NCBI GenBank assembly: GCA_963664405.1
Contig: OY761158.1
Location: 992,001 to 1,056,000 of the forward strand
Reading direction: 5' to 3'
Source: Thermoanaerobaculia bacterium
GTDB taxonomy: Bacteria > Acidobacteriota > Thermoanaerobaculia > Multivoradales > Multivoraceae
DNA length: 64,000 bases
Position 1 is the first letter of the stretch; the number at the start of each line of letters is the position of its first letter. Of the stretch, positions 50,301 through 58,917 are shown one piece after another. A program made the position numbers and the translations under genes. Below the pieces are notes generated by a model, which saw only the letters and a list, made by a program, of their open reading frames with translations, was not told the DNA's origin and searched no databases.

Positions 50301-50461
50301 TGATCCCGCTTCTCTTCGACGCCTTCTTCGTAGCGATGGCGGTCACGATCATCGTCGGGCTGGTGGTAGCAACGGTGCTGACGATGGTGGTGGTTCCGGT
50401 GCTCTATGCGATTCTTTTCCGGGTGCCCTCTGGGGAGGAAGAAGTAAGAAGTATTCAGTAA
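47390..50461 (+). CDS. RND efflux permease (AcrB/AcrD/AcrF family)
   Basis: 1023 aa, 12 TM; GMLVDNAIVV, IKNAIVLID, RLRPV. Confidence 0.93.
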   Translation: MNLAEASIRNRTVTLVLTVVMLGGGIVSYQGLSRLEDPEFTIKEALVVTPYPGAAATEVEEEVSDALEIAVQKMGQLKEVESKSDRGLSTLTVRIKDHFGRDDLPQVWDELRRKVGDAQKDLPPGAGPSIVVDDFGDVYGIFIAIYGAEYSYAEIKDFAKLLRRELLLVQDVAKIDFWGERTEAVYVEPSRERMSQLGIQPGAIADALRRKNIVTDSGRVRVGSEFIAIQPTGTFSEVEDFGSLLIRGGDPTAQLYLRDVAEIRRGYVEPQDRILRYDGNVAIGLGISTISGGNVVRMGALARQRLVELQEQWPLGIEVGVISLQSEAVAIAISSFLVSLLEAVAIVIVVLLLFMGLRSGLLIGFVLALTICGTFIFMAPWNVALERISLGALIIALGMLVDNAIVVVDGMLIGIKKGKTAKDAAIDVVAQTSIPLLGATAVAVMAFGAIGLSNDSTGEFCRSLFQVVFISLSLSWVTAVTVTPVLGVMFLKVPEGGDDSAEEEDPYRGLIYTAYSGFLRACIRARWLTVGVVLAIFVASLWGFGFVKQSFFPDSTRPQYLLDFWLPQGTHINETMRVAGEIEDTLLAQDSTTHVSTLVGAGGMRFLLTYAPEKLNSAYAQFLVDVDDYREIPRLIDEIEKSIAERYPDAQAYGKQFLLGPGGGGKIQARWSGPEADQLRHLAAETERILAEDGGAKAVRTDWRQRVKLMQPVLAEAEANRAGITRPDVASAIKAGFQGEAFGVFRDGDELLPIILRAPEEERSDVGSIQNLQIWSPGAGRMIPLRQVVSGFETGFEDEIIWRLNRKRTITTHADQAYGQASQLLARVQAEIEGIERPAGYELAWWGEYRDSRRAQGGIVASLPLFVLAMVLIVITLFGGLRQPAAIFLTVPLALIGVTAGLLATDQPFGFMALLGFLSLTGMLIKNAIVLIDEIELQKREGKGPLAAILDSGVSRLRPVSMAALTTALGMIPLLFDAFFVAMAVTIIVGLVVATVLTMVVVPVLYAILFRVPSGEEEVRSIQ

Positions 50462-50515
50462 ACAGTTAGTCAGTAACCTACAGAACACTGATTACTGTTT
50501 ACTGTTTACTGATTC
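50441..50515. repeat. inverted heptamer array
   Basis: GAAGTAAGAAGTATTCAGTAAACAGTTAGTCAGTAA ... CTGATTACTGTTTACTGTTTACTGATT. Confidence 0.75.
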
Positions 50516-50537
50516 CTCTTCGGCGCGGGGCAACAAA

Positions 50538-51236
50538 ATGACCAACGACAACTCCGGCCTCCCGGCAGACCGACTCTGGCAACCCACCACTGCGAAGTGG
50601 TTCGGGGTGGTGTTTGGAGTCTCGCTTCTCTACGCAATCGTCCGCTACCACCTCGCCGGCGATGTCGAGTGGCGCCACTTCCCGCTCTTCATCTTCAACA
50701 AAGCCACGTCGCTGGCCGCGGTCGTGTTCGTGGCCTCTTCGTATCTCGTCGGCCACCTCATTCGTTGGCACGACCATGACAAAGCGTTGAGGCTGGTGGT
50801 GATCAAGTTCTGCGGGTTGATCGGCTTCTTCCTGGCCGGGGTCCATGCTTTCTTTTCGTTGGCCCTCCTCAGCCCCGCTTACTATGCCAAGTACTTCGAC
50901 GACGGCGGACGTTTGAATCTGCAGGGCGAGCTGGCGTTGTCCGCCGGTGTCCTTGCTCTGTTCCTTCTGCTCGGGCCGGCGGTCACCACACTTCCGATGA
51001 TGCCGAAAGCCCTAGGCGGCCAGCGCTGGAAACGCAACCAGAGGTTAGGCTACGCTGCGCTGGTCCTTGTAGTCGTTCACCTTGTGGTGCTCGGCGTCAA
51101 GGGTTGGTTGGCGCCGAAGGGTTGGAACGGCGGGCTGCCTCCGATCAGTCTGATCGCCGTCGTTGCGGCACTGGTTCCCCTTGTCGTCAAGCACAGGCGG
51201 GTTCGCAAGATGCAAGAACGGAGCAGCGGGGAGTGA
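50538..51236 (+). CDS. ferric-reductase-like transmembrane protein (STEAP/MsrQ-like, heme b)
   Basis: About 6 TM; KFCGLIGFF..GVHAFFS and WKRNQRLGY...VHLVVLG supply two intramembrane His. Confidence 0.7.
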   Translation: MTNDNSGLPADRLWQPTTAKWFGVVFGVSLLYAIVRYHLAGDVEWRHFPLFIFNKATSLAAVVFVASSYLVGHLIRWHDHDKALRLVVIKFCGLIGFFLAGVHAFFSLALLSPAYYAKYFDDGGRLNLQGELALSAGVLALFLLLGPAVTTLPMMPKALGGQRWKRNQRLGYAALVLVVVHLVVLGVKGWLAPKGWNGGLPPISLIAVVAALVPLVVKHRRVRKMQERSSGE

Positions 51237-51262
51237 AGAAGTAAGCAGTAAGCTGTAAGCAG
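51232..51262. repeat. heptamer array
   Basis: GAAGAAGTAAGCAGTAAGCTGTAAGCAG. Confidence 0.65.
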
Positions 51263-51300
51263 AAAAGACGTCGAAAAACCAGATAGGGAGCTTCACTAGA

Positions 51301-53229
51301 ATGCCAAAGAATCCTCCTCTTTTCATTGTTCACCTCTCACTCTTGGCTCTCCTCTTCTGCCCGGCGCTCTTTGGCCAGCTACCGCCGCCGACGGATGACA
51401 TGAAGGACGCCTTTCCGCCGCAGAAGCACTATTCTCCCTACGCGGGGCGTAACTTCCCGACCCAGGTGTTCTGGGGTGATACCCACCTGCATACCGGCAA
51501 TTCGTTGGACGCCGGCGCCTTCGGTGCGAGGCTCCTTCCAGAGGATGCGCATCGCTTTGCGCGTGGCGAGGAGCTGACTTCGTCGACCGGCTTGAAGGTC
51601 AAGCTTTCGCGCCCGCTCGACTTTCTGGTTGTCGCCGACCACTCGGACAATATGGGCTTCTTCCCTCTGTTGAAGTCCGGCGACCCGAGTATGCTCGCCG
51701 ACCCGACGGGCAGGAAGTGGTACGACATGATCCAGGCGGGTGGCCAGGAGGGCGTCGCGGCCGCGGTCGAGATCATTCAATCGCTAACCGGAAACAGCTT
51801 TCCCGACGCCCTCTACCTCGCGCCAGGGACCGCCGCCTACCGCTCGACCTGGGAGCAGACCATCGCCGCGGCGGAGAAATACAACGAGCCCGGCCACTAC
51901 ACCGCGCTCCACGGCTACGAGTGGACCTCGACCGCGAAGGGCGCCAACCGACACCGCGTCGTGATCTACCGCGATGGAGGGGTCAGGGCGAGCATGATGG
52001 AGCCCTACACCACCCTGCCCCCATACGGCAGCCCGGACGAGCGCGAACTGTGGAAGTGGCTGCGGGCCTACGAGGACAAGACGGGCGGGAAGATACTGGC
52101 GATCGCGCACAACGGCAACCTCTCGAACGGGGTCATGTTCCCGATCGCGGATACCTTCACCGGCCAACCCTACGACCGCGCCTGGGCGGAGGAGCGCATC
52201 AAGTGGGAGCCGCTCTACGAGATCACCCAGATCAAGGGAGACGGCGAGACTCACCCCTTCTTGTCGCCGAACGACGAGTTCGCCGACTACGAGATCTGGG
52301 ATCAGGGCAACCTCGACCTCAGCGAGTTCAAGACCAACGAAATGCTCCAATACGAGTACGGACGCTCGGCTCTGGGGGTCGGCATCCAGCTCGAGAAGAA
52401 GCTCGGCGTGAACCCCTACAAAGTCGGCTTCATCGGCTCCACCGACAGCCACACCGGTCTCGCCACCGCGCAGGAAGACAACTTCTTCGGCAAGCATTCC
52501 GGCGCGGAACCGAACCCCAAGCGTGTCGAACACCCGATGGCCAAGATCGGTGACGCCGAGTACCCGGGTTGGGGGATGGTCGCCTCCGGTCTCGCCGCGG
52601 TGTGGGCCCGCGAGAACACCCGCGCGGCACTCTTCGACGCAATGATGAACAAAGAGACCTACGGCACCACTGGCTCGCGCATGCTCGTGCGCTTCTTCGG
52701 CGGCTGGAATTTCACCGCGGCAGACGCCCAGAACCGTCTGCCCGGCCAGATCGGCTACAGCAAAGGCGTGCCGATGGGCGGCGATCTGACTCCTCCTACA
52801 GGCGGCAAGTCACCGAGCTTCCTGGTCGCGGCCCTGCGCGATCCGTTGTCCGGCAATCTCGACCGCATCCAGATCGTCAAAGTCTGGGTCGACGCAGCGG
52901 GCGAGCGCCAGGAGAAGGTTTACGACGCGGCGTGGTCGGGAGACCGCAAGCCCGGCCGTGACGGCAAAGTGCCCAGCGTCGGCAACACCGTCGACATCGC
53001 CAACGCCACCTGGACGAATACCATCGGCGTACCCGAGCTGATCACCGTCTGGACCGACCCCGACTTCGACCCCAACGTGAGCGCCGCCTACTACGCCCGC
53101 GTGATGGAGATCCCCACCCCGCGATGGACCGCCTACGAGGCCGAGCGCTTTGGCATCACCATGAAGGACGAGATCCCGTTGGTCACGGTCGAACGCGCCT
53201 ACACCTCGCCGATCTGGTACACGCCCTGA
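51301..53229 (+). CDS. secreted DUF3604 (PHP-like metallohydrolase) protein
   Basis: Signal peptide; WGDTHLHT, VADHS, GYEWT, HRVVI, AHNGN, GSTDSHTG, ERAYTSPIWY. Confidence 0.85.
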   Translation: MPKNPPLFIVHLSLLALLFCPALFGQLPPPTDDMKDAFPPQKHYSPYAGRNFPTQVFWGDTHLHTGNSLDAGAFGARLLPEDAHRFARGEELTSSTGLKVKLSRPLDFLVVADHSDNMGFFPLLKSGDPSMLADPTGRKWYDMIQAGGQEGVAAAVEIIQSLTGNSFPDALYLAPGTAAYRSTWEQTIAAAEKYNEPGHYTALHGYEWTSTAKGANRHRVVIYRDGGVRASMMEPYTTLPPYGSPDERELWKWLRAYEDKTGGKILAIAHNGNLSNGVMFPIADTFTGQPYDRAWAEERIKWEPLYEITQIKGDGETHPFLSPNDEFADYEIWDQGNLDLSEFKTNEMLQYEYGRSALGVGIQLEKKLGVNPYKVGFIGSTDSHTGLATAQEDNFFGKHSGAEPNPKRVEHPMAKIGDAEYPGWGMVASGLAAVWARENTRAALFDAMMNKETYGTTGSRMLVRFFGGWNFTAADAQNRLPGQIGYSKGVPMGGDLTPPTGGKSPSFLVAALRDPLSGNLDRIQIVKVWVDAAGERQEKVYDAAWSGDRKPGRDGKVPSVGNTVDIANATWTNTIGVPELITVWTDPDFDPNVSAAYYARVMEIPTPRWTAYEAERFGITMKDEIPLVTVERAYTSPIWYTP

Positions 53230-53231
53230 CG

Positions 53232-53308
53232 GAAGTGAAAGAGTGAAAGAAGTAAAGAAGTGAAGAAGCAAAGAAGTAAACAGTAGAAGTAGGCAGTTGG
53301 CGGTAGGG
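53232..53308. repeat. heptamer/octamer array
   Basis: GAAGTGAAAGAGTGAAAGAAGTAAAGAAGTGAAGAAGCAAAGAAGTAAACAGTAGAAGTAG. Confidence 0.65.
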
Positions 53309-54163
53309 ATGAAGTGGATCAAAGAGCCGCTGCTGCATTTTCTGATCATTGGTGCGGTTCTGTTTCTGCTGTTCGGGCTGGCGAGAGGGCGGGGCTCGGG
53401 TGAGGCGGAAGATGAGGTTGTGGTCAGCGCTGGGCGGATCGGGCAGCTCGCCAATATCTTCACCAGGACCTGGCAGCGGCCGCCCACCCGGGAGGAGCTC
53501 GAGGGGCTGATCGACGACTTCGTCCTCGAGGAGGTCTACTATCGCCAAGCGGTGGCGATGGGGATCGATCGTGACGACACCGTGATCCGACGCCGGCTGC
53601 GACAGAAGCTCGAATTTCTCACTGACGACGCGGCCACCATGGCCGAGCCAACCGAGGAAGAGCTCGCGGCCTATCTCGCCGCCAACGGCGACGCGTTCCG
53701 CCGGCAAACGACTTACACCTTCGAGCAGATTTACATCAATCCGGAGGCGCACGGCGAGCGTCTCGAAGGCTTCGTGGAGAAGCAACTGGCCGCGCTCCGA
53801 ACCGGTCAAGTGCCCGTGGGAGGGGGCGGGCTGCTACCGCCCTCTTTCGAGGAAGCGTCGAGCCAACAGGTGGACGGCTCTTTCGGCACCGGGTTCGCCG
53901 CCACTCTCGACGATCTTTCAACCGGCGAGTGGCAGGGGCCGGTCGAGTCGGGACTCGGCCTCCACCTCATCCGACTCGCATCGCGAACCGAGAGCAGCCT
54001 GCCGGAGCTGAGCGACATCCGGCCCCTGGTAGAGCGGGAGTGGGCGAACGAGAGAAGACTCGAGAACCGTCGCAGAATGAACGAGCGGCTGGTCGAGGCC
54101 TACGAGGTGGTCATCGAATGGCCGGAGGCGCCGGCCGCAGTGAGCGCAGCCGGCGCGCCATGA
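53309..54163 (+). CDS. parvulin/PpiC-like peptidyl-prolyl isomerase domain protein
   Basis: KEPLLHFL, GIDRDDTVIRRRLRQK, FGTGFA, WQGPVESGLGLHL. Confidence 0.8.
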   Translation: MKWIKEPLLHFLIIGAVLFLLFGLARGRGSGEAEDEVVVSAGRIGQLANIFTRTWQRPPTREELEGLIDDFVLEEVYYRQAVAMGIDRDDTVIRRRLRQKLEFLTDDAATMAEPTEEELAAYLAANGDAFRRQTTYTFEQIYINPEAHGERLEGFVEKQLAALRTGQVPVGGGGLLPPSFEEASSQQVDGSFGTGFAATLDDLSTGEWQGPVESGLGLHLIRLASRTESSLPELSDIRPLVEREWANERRLENRRRMNERLVEAYEVVIEWPEAPAAVSAAGAP

Positions 54164-55200
54164 TGCGGAGGCTCTGGAAGACTCCGCTGGGCTGGCTCGT
54201 CGCCACGCTGCTGGTGCAGCCCGCGACTGCGCACGAGATGCGCCCGGGCTATCTCGAGATCCGCGAGTCGGCGCCTGAGACCTACGACGTGCTGTGGAAG
54301 GTGCCGGCCCGCGGTACAGACGCCCGGCTGGGCCTCTACCTGCGCTTCGCCGATGATGTCGAGATGCTGGAGGACCCGGTGAGCGCCTTCATCGGCACCG
54401 CCCACACCCAGCGCATGCGCATCCGTCGGGTGGGTGGATTAGACGGTACCGCGGTGACCATCGAAGGACTCGATGGCACCTTCACCGACGTACTTCTGCG
54501 CCTCGAGCGCGCCGACGGCTCCGAGCTCACCCATCGCCTCTCTCCGGAGGCGCCCAGCGTGGTTATCGAAGCCGAGCCCGGCATCGGCCGCGTCGCCTGG
54601 ACCTATTTCGTCCTCGGCGTCGAGCACATCCTCGGCGGCATCGACCATCTGCTCTTCATCTTTGCGCTGCTGCTGGTTGTCGCCGGCTGGCGCAAATTGG
54701 TTGGCACCATCACCGCCTTCACGCTCGCCCACTCGATTACCCTGGCGCTCGCCACGCTCGGCTTCGTCAACGTCCCGGGACCGCCCGTAGAAGCGGTGAT
54801 CGCGCTGTCGATCGTGTTCGTGGCCGCCGAGATCGTCCACGGCCGACGGCGGAAGCCCGGGCTCACTGAACGCTCGCCCTGGATTGTCGCCTTCACCTTC
54901 GGCCTGCTGCACGGCTTCGGCTTCGCCGGTGCGCTGAGCGAGGTGGGGCTGCCGCAATCGTCGATCCCTCTCGCTCTCTTGACCTTCAACGTCGGCGTCG
55001 AAACCGGCCAACTGCTCTTCATCGCCGGCATGCTCGCGGTCTATACGACCCTTCAGCGCATCCCTCCGCCGAGTCGGTGGGCGAAACAGCCGACCAGGCT
55101 GCCGGAATGGGCCTTGGAACTTCCGCCCTACGCCATCGGCGGTGTCGCCGCCTTCTGGATGATCGAGCGGGTGGTAGGGTTCTGGATCATCAATTCGTAG
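54160..55200 (+). CDS. HupE/UreJ-family membrane protein with N-terminal periplasmic domain
   Basis: AHEMRP; GVEHILGGIDHLLF, FTLAHSITL, FGLLHGFGFA, FNVGVETGQ; ATGA overlap with the upstream gene. Confidence 0.88.
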   Translation: MMRRLWKTPLGWLVATLLVQPATAHEMRPGYLEIRESAPETYDVLWKVPARGTDARLGLYLRFADDVEMLEDPVSAFIGTAHTQRMRIRRVGGLDGTAVTIEGLDGTFTDVLLRLERADGSELTHRLSPEAPSVVIEAEPGIGRVAWTYFVLGVEHILGGIDHLLFIFALLLVVAGWRKLVGTITAFTLAHSITLALATLGFVNVPGPPVEAVIALSIVFVAAEIVHGRRRKPGLTERSPWIVAFTFGLLHGFGFAGALSEVGLPQSSIPLALLTFNVGVETGQLLFIAGMLAVYTTLQRIPPPSRWAKQPTRLPEWALELPPYAIGGVAAFWMIERVVGFWIINS

Positions 55201-55242
55201 TAGGCGAGGCGAGGTAGATCTGGTCGTACGAAGGAGCCTGTC

Positions 55243-55935
55243 ATGAAGCCCACGATTCCGACTCTCATCGTTACTCTTTTCTTCGGGCTCGTCGTGACCG
55301 ACGACGCTTCGGGACAGCGCCGCAAAGACCGGCGCGAAGCAAGGCGAGCACCCGCGGCCGAGCCGGCGCCACCCGAGACCCCGCCCGAAGCGGCCCCAGA
55401 AGCTCCGGCCGCGGAAGCGAGCCTCGTTAAGACCCTCGGGGTCTTCGTCTACCCCGCCAAAGAGCAGACCGCCGAGCAGCAGGCGACGGACGAGACCGAA
55501 TGCTCGAAGTGGGCGCAATCCCAGGCCAGCACGACAGCCGGAGCGGCGCCGCAGACCGAGGCCGAGCCCCAGCCCGAGGCAGCCGCGAAGGAGAGTGGCC
55601 ACGATCGACGAGCAGGCCGCCGAACCGGCGGAGCGGTCAAGGGGGCGGCAAAAGGTGCCGTAATCGGCGAAGCGCTGGATGACGAGCCCGACTCCCTGCA
55701 GGAGGCCCTCGACGACCAGCACGAGCCCTCCAGCGCCGAGGTCGGGGCCGCCGTCGGCGCTGCCGCCGGCAGGCGCAAGGCCAAAAAGAGCCAGGAGGCG
55801 GCGGCGCAGCAGGCCCAACAGCAAGCCGAGGCGGAGAAGCAGCAGGCAGTGGCGGCCGCGGCGGCCAGCGCGAACGAAGGTCTGAAGAAGGGCCTGGCGG
55901 TCTGCCTGGAGGCGAAGGGCTACAAAGTCGGATGA
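55243..55935 (+). CDS. secreted glycine-zipper-like protein
   Basis: Signal peptide; VYPAKEQTAEQQATDETEC, GAVKGAAKGAVIG, CLEAKGYKV. Confidence 0.75.
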   Translation: MKPTIPTLIVTLFFGLVVTDDASGQRRKDRREARRAPAAEPAPPETPPEAAPEAPAAEASLVKTLGVFVYPAKEQTAEQQATDETECSKWAQSQASTTAGAAPQTEAEPQPEAAAKESGHDRRAGRRTGGAVKGAAKGAVIGEALDDEPDSLQEALDDQHEPSSAEVGAAVGAAAGRRKAKKSQEAAAQQAQQQAEAEKQQAVAAAAASANEGLKKGLAVCLEAKGYKVG

Positions 55936-55945
55936 AGGAGAGCTG

Positions 55946-56913
55946 CTAGAGCACCGGAGAGGTTAGTCTGGAGAGCCGAACGGCGAGTCGGAACCAGAAG
56001 GGACGGCTCGAGTACTCGTCTTCCGTGACTCGCCGCGAGCGACGAAAGTCTTCCTCGAACATCCGCTCGATCTCGCCTGCGAATTTTCGGTCGGGGACAA
56101 CAGCAGTGATCTCGAAGTTCAAGCGGAAAGATCGATTGTCGAAGTTCGCAGTGCCGATGGTCGCGGCTTCGTCGTCGATCAACATGACCTTCTCGTGGAG
56201 GAAGCCGTCTTCATAGCGATAGAACTCGACTCCAGTCCGACCCGCGTCGTCGAAGTAGGAGAAGGCGGCGAGGTACACCAGAAGAGGGTCGGGGTTCGCC
56301 GGAATCAGTACCCGCACATCCACGCCACGTAGGCCGGCCAGTTGCATGGCAGAGACGATGGCTTCGTCGGGAACGAAGTAGGGGCTCGCTATCCAGATCC
56401 GCTTCTTCGCAGAGTTGATGGCATGGAGAAACATCAGGGACGCCGTCTCGACTTCGTCAGCCGGGCTCGAAGGTCGCTTCACCGTCGACCAGGAGATCGA
56501 CTTGGTTGCCACGGAGGGTCGGTACATCCGCGAGTCGCTCGGCGGCTCGTCCTGCTTCACGGCTCGGGTCTTCAGGCACCAGAAAAAGGGGCGAGCACCT
56601 CCCCAATGCTACGGGAGATCTGGCCGCTTGCCTCGTCGTCGGCACGCTTGGCGGTGACGTAGCCCTGGAACTTACTGCGGCCGAGGATCCAGTAGGCGGG
56701 GACGCTGACGTTGGGGAAGGTGTTGAGCGACACCGCCCAGGCGATGGCCCCCTGCGAGGTGCGCGTGCTCATGACCGCGGCGATCGACGAAAGGAAGCCA
56801 AGGGCATGCGCCAGGATGACAAACAAGACGGTCCATCGCCCGAGCGACCGCCTTGAAGACGACGGCTCGGCCCCGGGAGCCTTCGATCGACGCGGGTCTG
56901 GGGGCTGACTCAT
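55946..56913 (-). pseudogene. cls: cardiolipin synthase pseudogene (frameshift + internal deletion)
   Basis: N-terminal TM RTSQGAIAW; frameshift at the homopolymer near 56583-56591; GNQVDLLVDGEATF then jumps to IASPYFVP...HEKVMLID...GTANFDNRSF. The first HKD domain is missing. Confidence 0.8.
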
Positions 56914-57006
56914 TCGGAAATCACCACCGCCGCGATGCTATCCGACGACGGAAGCGATGGGCGACTCGACCGACGTCCTGAGTCAGAGTTAGGTAACGTA
57001 GCCCGC

Positions 57007-57190
57007 ATGAGGCCTGAGGCAACCCAGCTCGCGGCGGCGCTCGCCACTCTTGCCGCGGCTATCTGCCCCGGCACAGGGGCGGCAGTCGAGGAGCAGCCAC
57101 TAGCCACCGTCGAAGAGAAGGCCGATAAGCAGGCCGAAGGTGGGGCCCAAAGACACTGTCGCCTACCTCACCATCGGCAGCGCTTGGTGA
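57007..57190 (+). pseudogene. remnant of an outer-membrane protein (signal peptide + last beta strand)
   Basis: MRPEATQLAAALATLAAA, then out of frame GPKDTVAYLTIGSAW-stop. Confidence 0.45.
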
Positions 57191-57292
57191 GACCTACTCG
57201 CCGTCGTCGATGCCGGCAGCTACGAGATATGCTAGGTCTGCCCAGGACTACACCTACACCTCATCTATGGGGTCTACGCGGGAGGAGATCGC

Positions 57293-57715
57293 ATGAAAGG
57301 GACAATCCTAGGGATTACCATCTTGGGGCTTTCGCTCATCGGCGTCACCGGCGCTAGTGCAGAGGGAGATCCGATCGAAAACGCCATCGAGGCCTGCGAG
57401 CCGGAGATCGAGGCCTACTGCAGCCAGGTGACGCCGGGCGACGGACGTCTGCTCGCCTGCTTTTTCGCTCACGAGGACAAGCTTTCTGGCCGCTGTAGTT
57501 GGGCGCTCTACGAGGGGGCGGCCCAACTGGAGCAGTTTGCTGTCGCCATCACCCACGTCGCCAACCAGTGCCTCGATGACATGAAAGAGCATTGCGGTGA
57601 GGTCATGGTCGGCGAGGGCCGAGTGGGCGTCTGCCTCGCCGAGCACAAAGAAGAGGTAAGCGACGCCTGCAGCCGCGCCATGGACGATGTCGAGCTCGAA
57701 GTGGTCGAGGACTAG
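57293..57715 (+). CDS. secreted cysteine-rich repeat protein
   Basis: GGAGG RBS, signal peptide, two C-x7-C...G.GR...CL..H...S..C repeats. Confidence 0.8.
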   Translation: MKGTILGITILGLSLIGVTGASAEGDPIENAIEACEPEIEAYCSQVTPGDGRLLACFFAHEDKLSGRCSWALYEGAAQLEQFAVAITHVANQCLDDMKEHCGEVMVGEGRVGVCLAEHKEEVSDACSRAMDDVELEVVED

Positions 57716-57759
57716 CAGTTGAGGGCGACCGCACAGCAGCCCGAAAACTTCAAAAAGCC

Positions 57760-58830
57760 GTGACCATCAGCAGGCTGCATGCGGCGGCACTCCTCCTGAT
57801 TCTTGGACCGCCGACCGCGCTCTCCGGCGAGGAGCCGCCCGCCGGAGCCGCGGCGGCGGCGGGCGATAAGATCGAAGATGTCGTCTTCTTGAAGAACGGC
57901 GACCGGGTGACAGGGGAAGTCAAGCGCCTGGAGCGTGGCCGGCTCACGCTCAAGACCGACTCTCTGGGCACGGTCCAGATCGCCTGGCTCGACGTCGCCA
58001 GGGTGGCCAGCGCGGAGACCTTCGAGATCGAGACTCTGGATGGGACGGACTACTACGGAGTGCTCGCCGAGCCCGAAGCTGACGACCGGCTACGAGTGTC
58101 CGGGGCAGAGATCAGCATCGACCTAGAGGCGGAGACAGTCATCCGCCTAACACCGATCGAGAGCTCCTGGCTGAGCCGTCTCGACGGCTCTCTGACTCTA
58201 GGCTACACCCTCACTCAGGCCGACCAGACGAGTCAACTCAGCTTCGCCACCAAGATCGACCAGACTACGCGAAAGTATCGACGAAGTCTGGATGTGAGCA
58301 CAATCGTCACCGCACGAGACGAAGCAGAAACGACCAGCTACTGGAACGCCTCTTTTTCGAATCGCCGAGATCTCAAGCCACGCACTTTCTTCGAGAATCT
58401 GGTCAAGGCCCAGGGCAACGAAGAGCTGGAGCTGGATCTCCGTTTACTTGCAAGCGCTGGCTACGGCTGGACCTTGATCCAAAAATCAGATCGTAGTCTG
58501 AGCTTCTCGACGGGGTTGGCGCTGAGCCAAGAAGAGGCCCGTGAGAAGGGACTGAGTGAGACCGCCTGGGAAGGCCTGATACTCCTCCGGGCGAACAGAT
58601 TCTGGGTCCACGACCCCGAGATCGACCTCGATCTCGAGCTCGCCCTCTTTCCCGCGATCTCACCCTCCGGCGGATTCCGCGCTGAGCTCGACGCCAGCTT
58701 GACGCGAGAGCTGGTCAACGATCTCTTTCTGAGTATCAGCGCTTTCGACTTCTACGACAGCGATCCGCTCACCCGGGGCGCCACGAAGAACGATTACGGT
58801 CTGGTCACCTCCATCGGCTGGTCGTTCTGA
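57760..58830 (+). CDS. DUF481-like outer-membrane beta-barrel
   Basis: Signal peptide; DVVFLKNGDRVTG N-domain; C-terminal SIGWSF. Confidence 0.75.
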   Translation: MTISRLHAAALLLILGPPTALSGEEPPAGAAAAAGDKIEDVVFLKNGDRVTGEVKRLERGRLTLKTDSLGTVQIAWLDVARVASAETFEIETLDGTDYYGVLAEPEADDRLRVSGAEISIDLEAETVIRLTPIESSWLSRLDGSLTLGYTLTQADQTSQLSFATKIDQTTRKYRRSLDVSTIVTARDEAETTSYWNASFSNRRDLKPRTFFENLVKAQGNEELELDLRLLASAGYGWTLIQKSDRSLSFSTGLALSQEEAREKGLSETAWEGLILLRANRFWVHDPEIDLDLELALFPAISPSGGFRAELDASLTRELVNDLFLSISAFDFYDSDPLTRGATKNDYGLVTSIGWSF

Positions 58831-58917
58831 CTGCGCCCTCGCCCTGGCCTCAAAGGTGGAAGCGGAGGAAGCCGTGCGTTCTCCAAGGTTTCATTCTCTC
58901 TCCCGTCGCAGACGCCA

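Noticed and set aside
54439-55824. 461-aa antisense ORF and similar long shadow ORFs
   Set aside because: Expected opposite GC3-rich genes; they show no motifs and overlap well-supported CDSs.
56572-56574. TGA in cls as a second selenocysteine codon
   Set aside because: Homology continues in another frame after a homopolymer run, so this is a frameshift. There is no redox motif.
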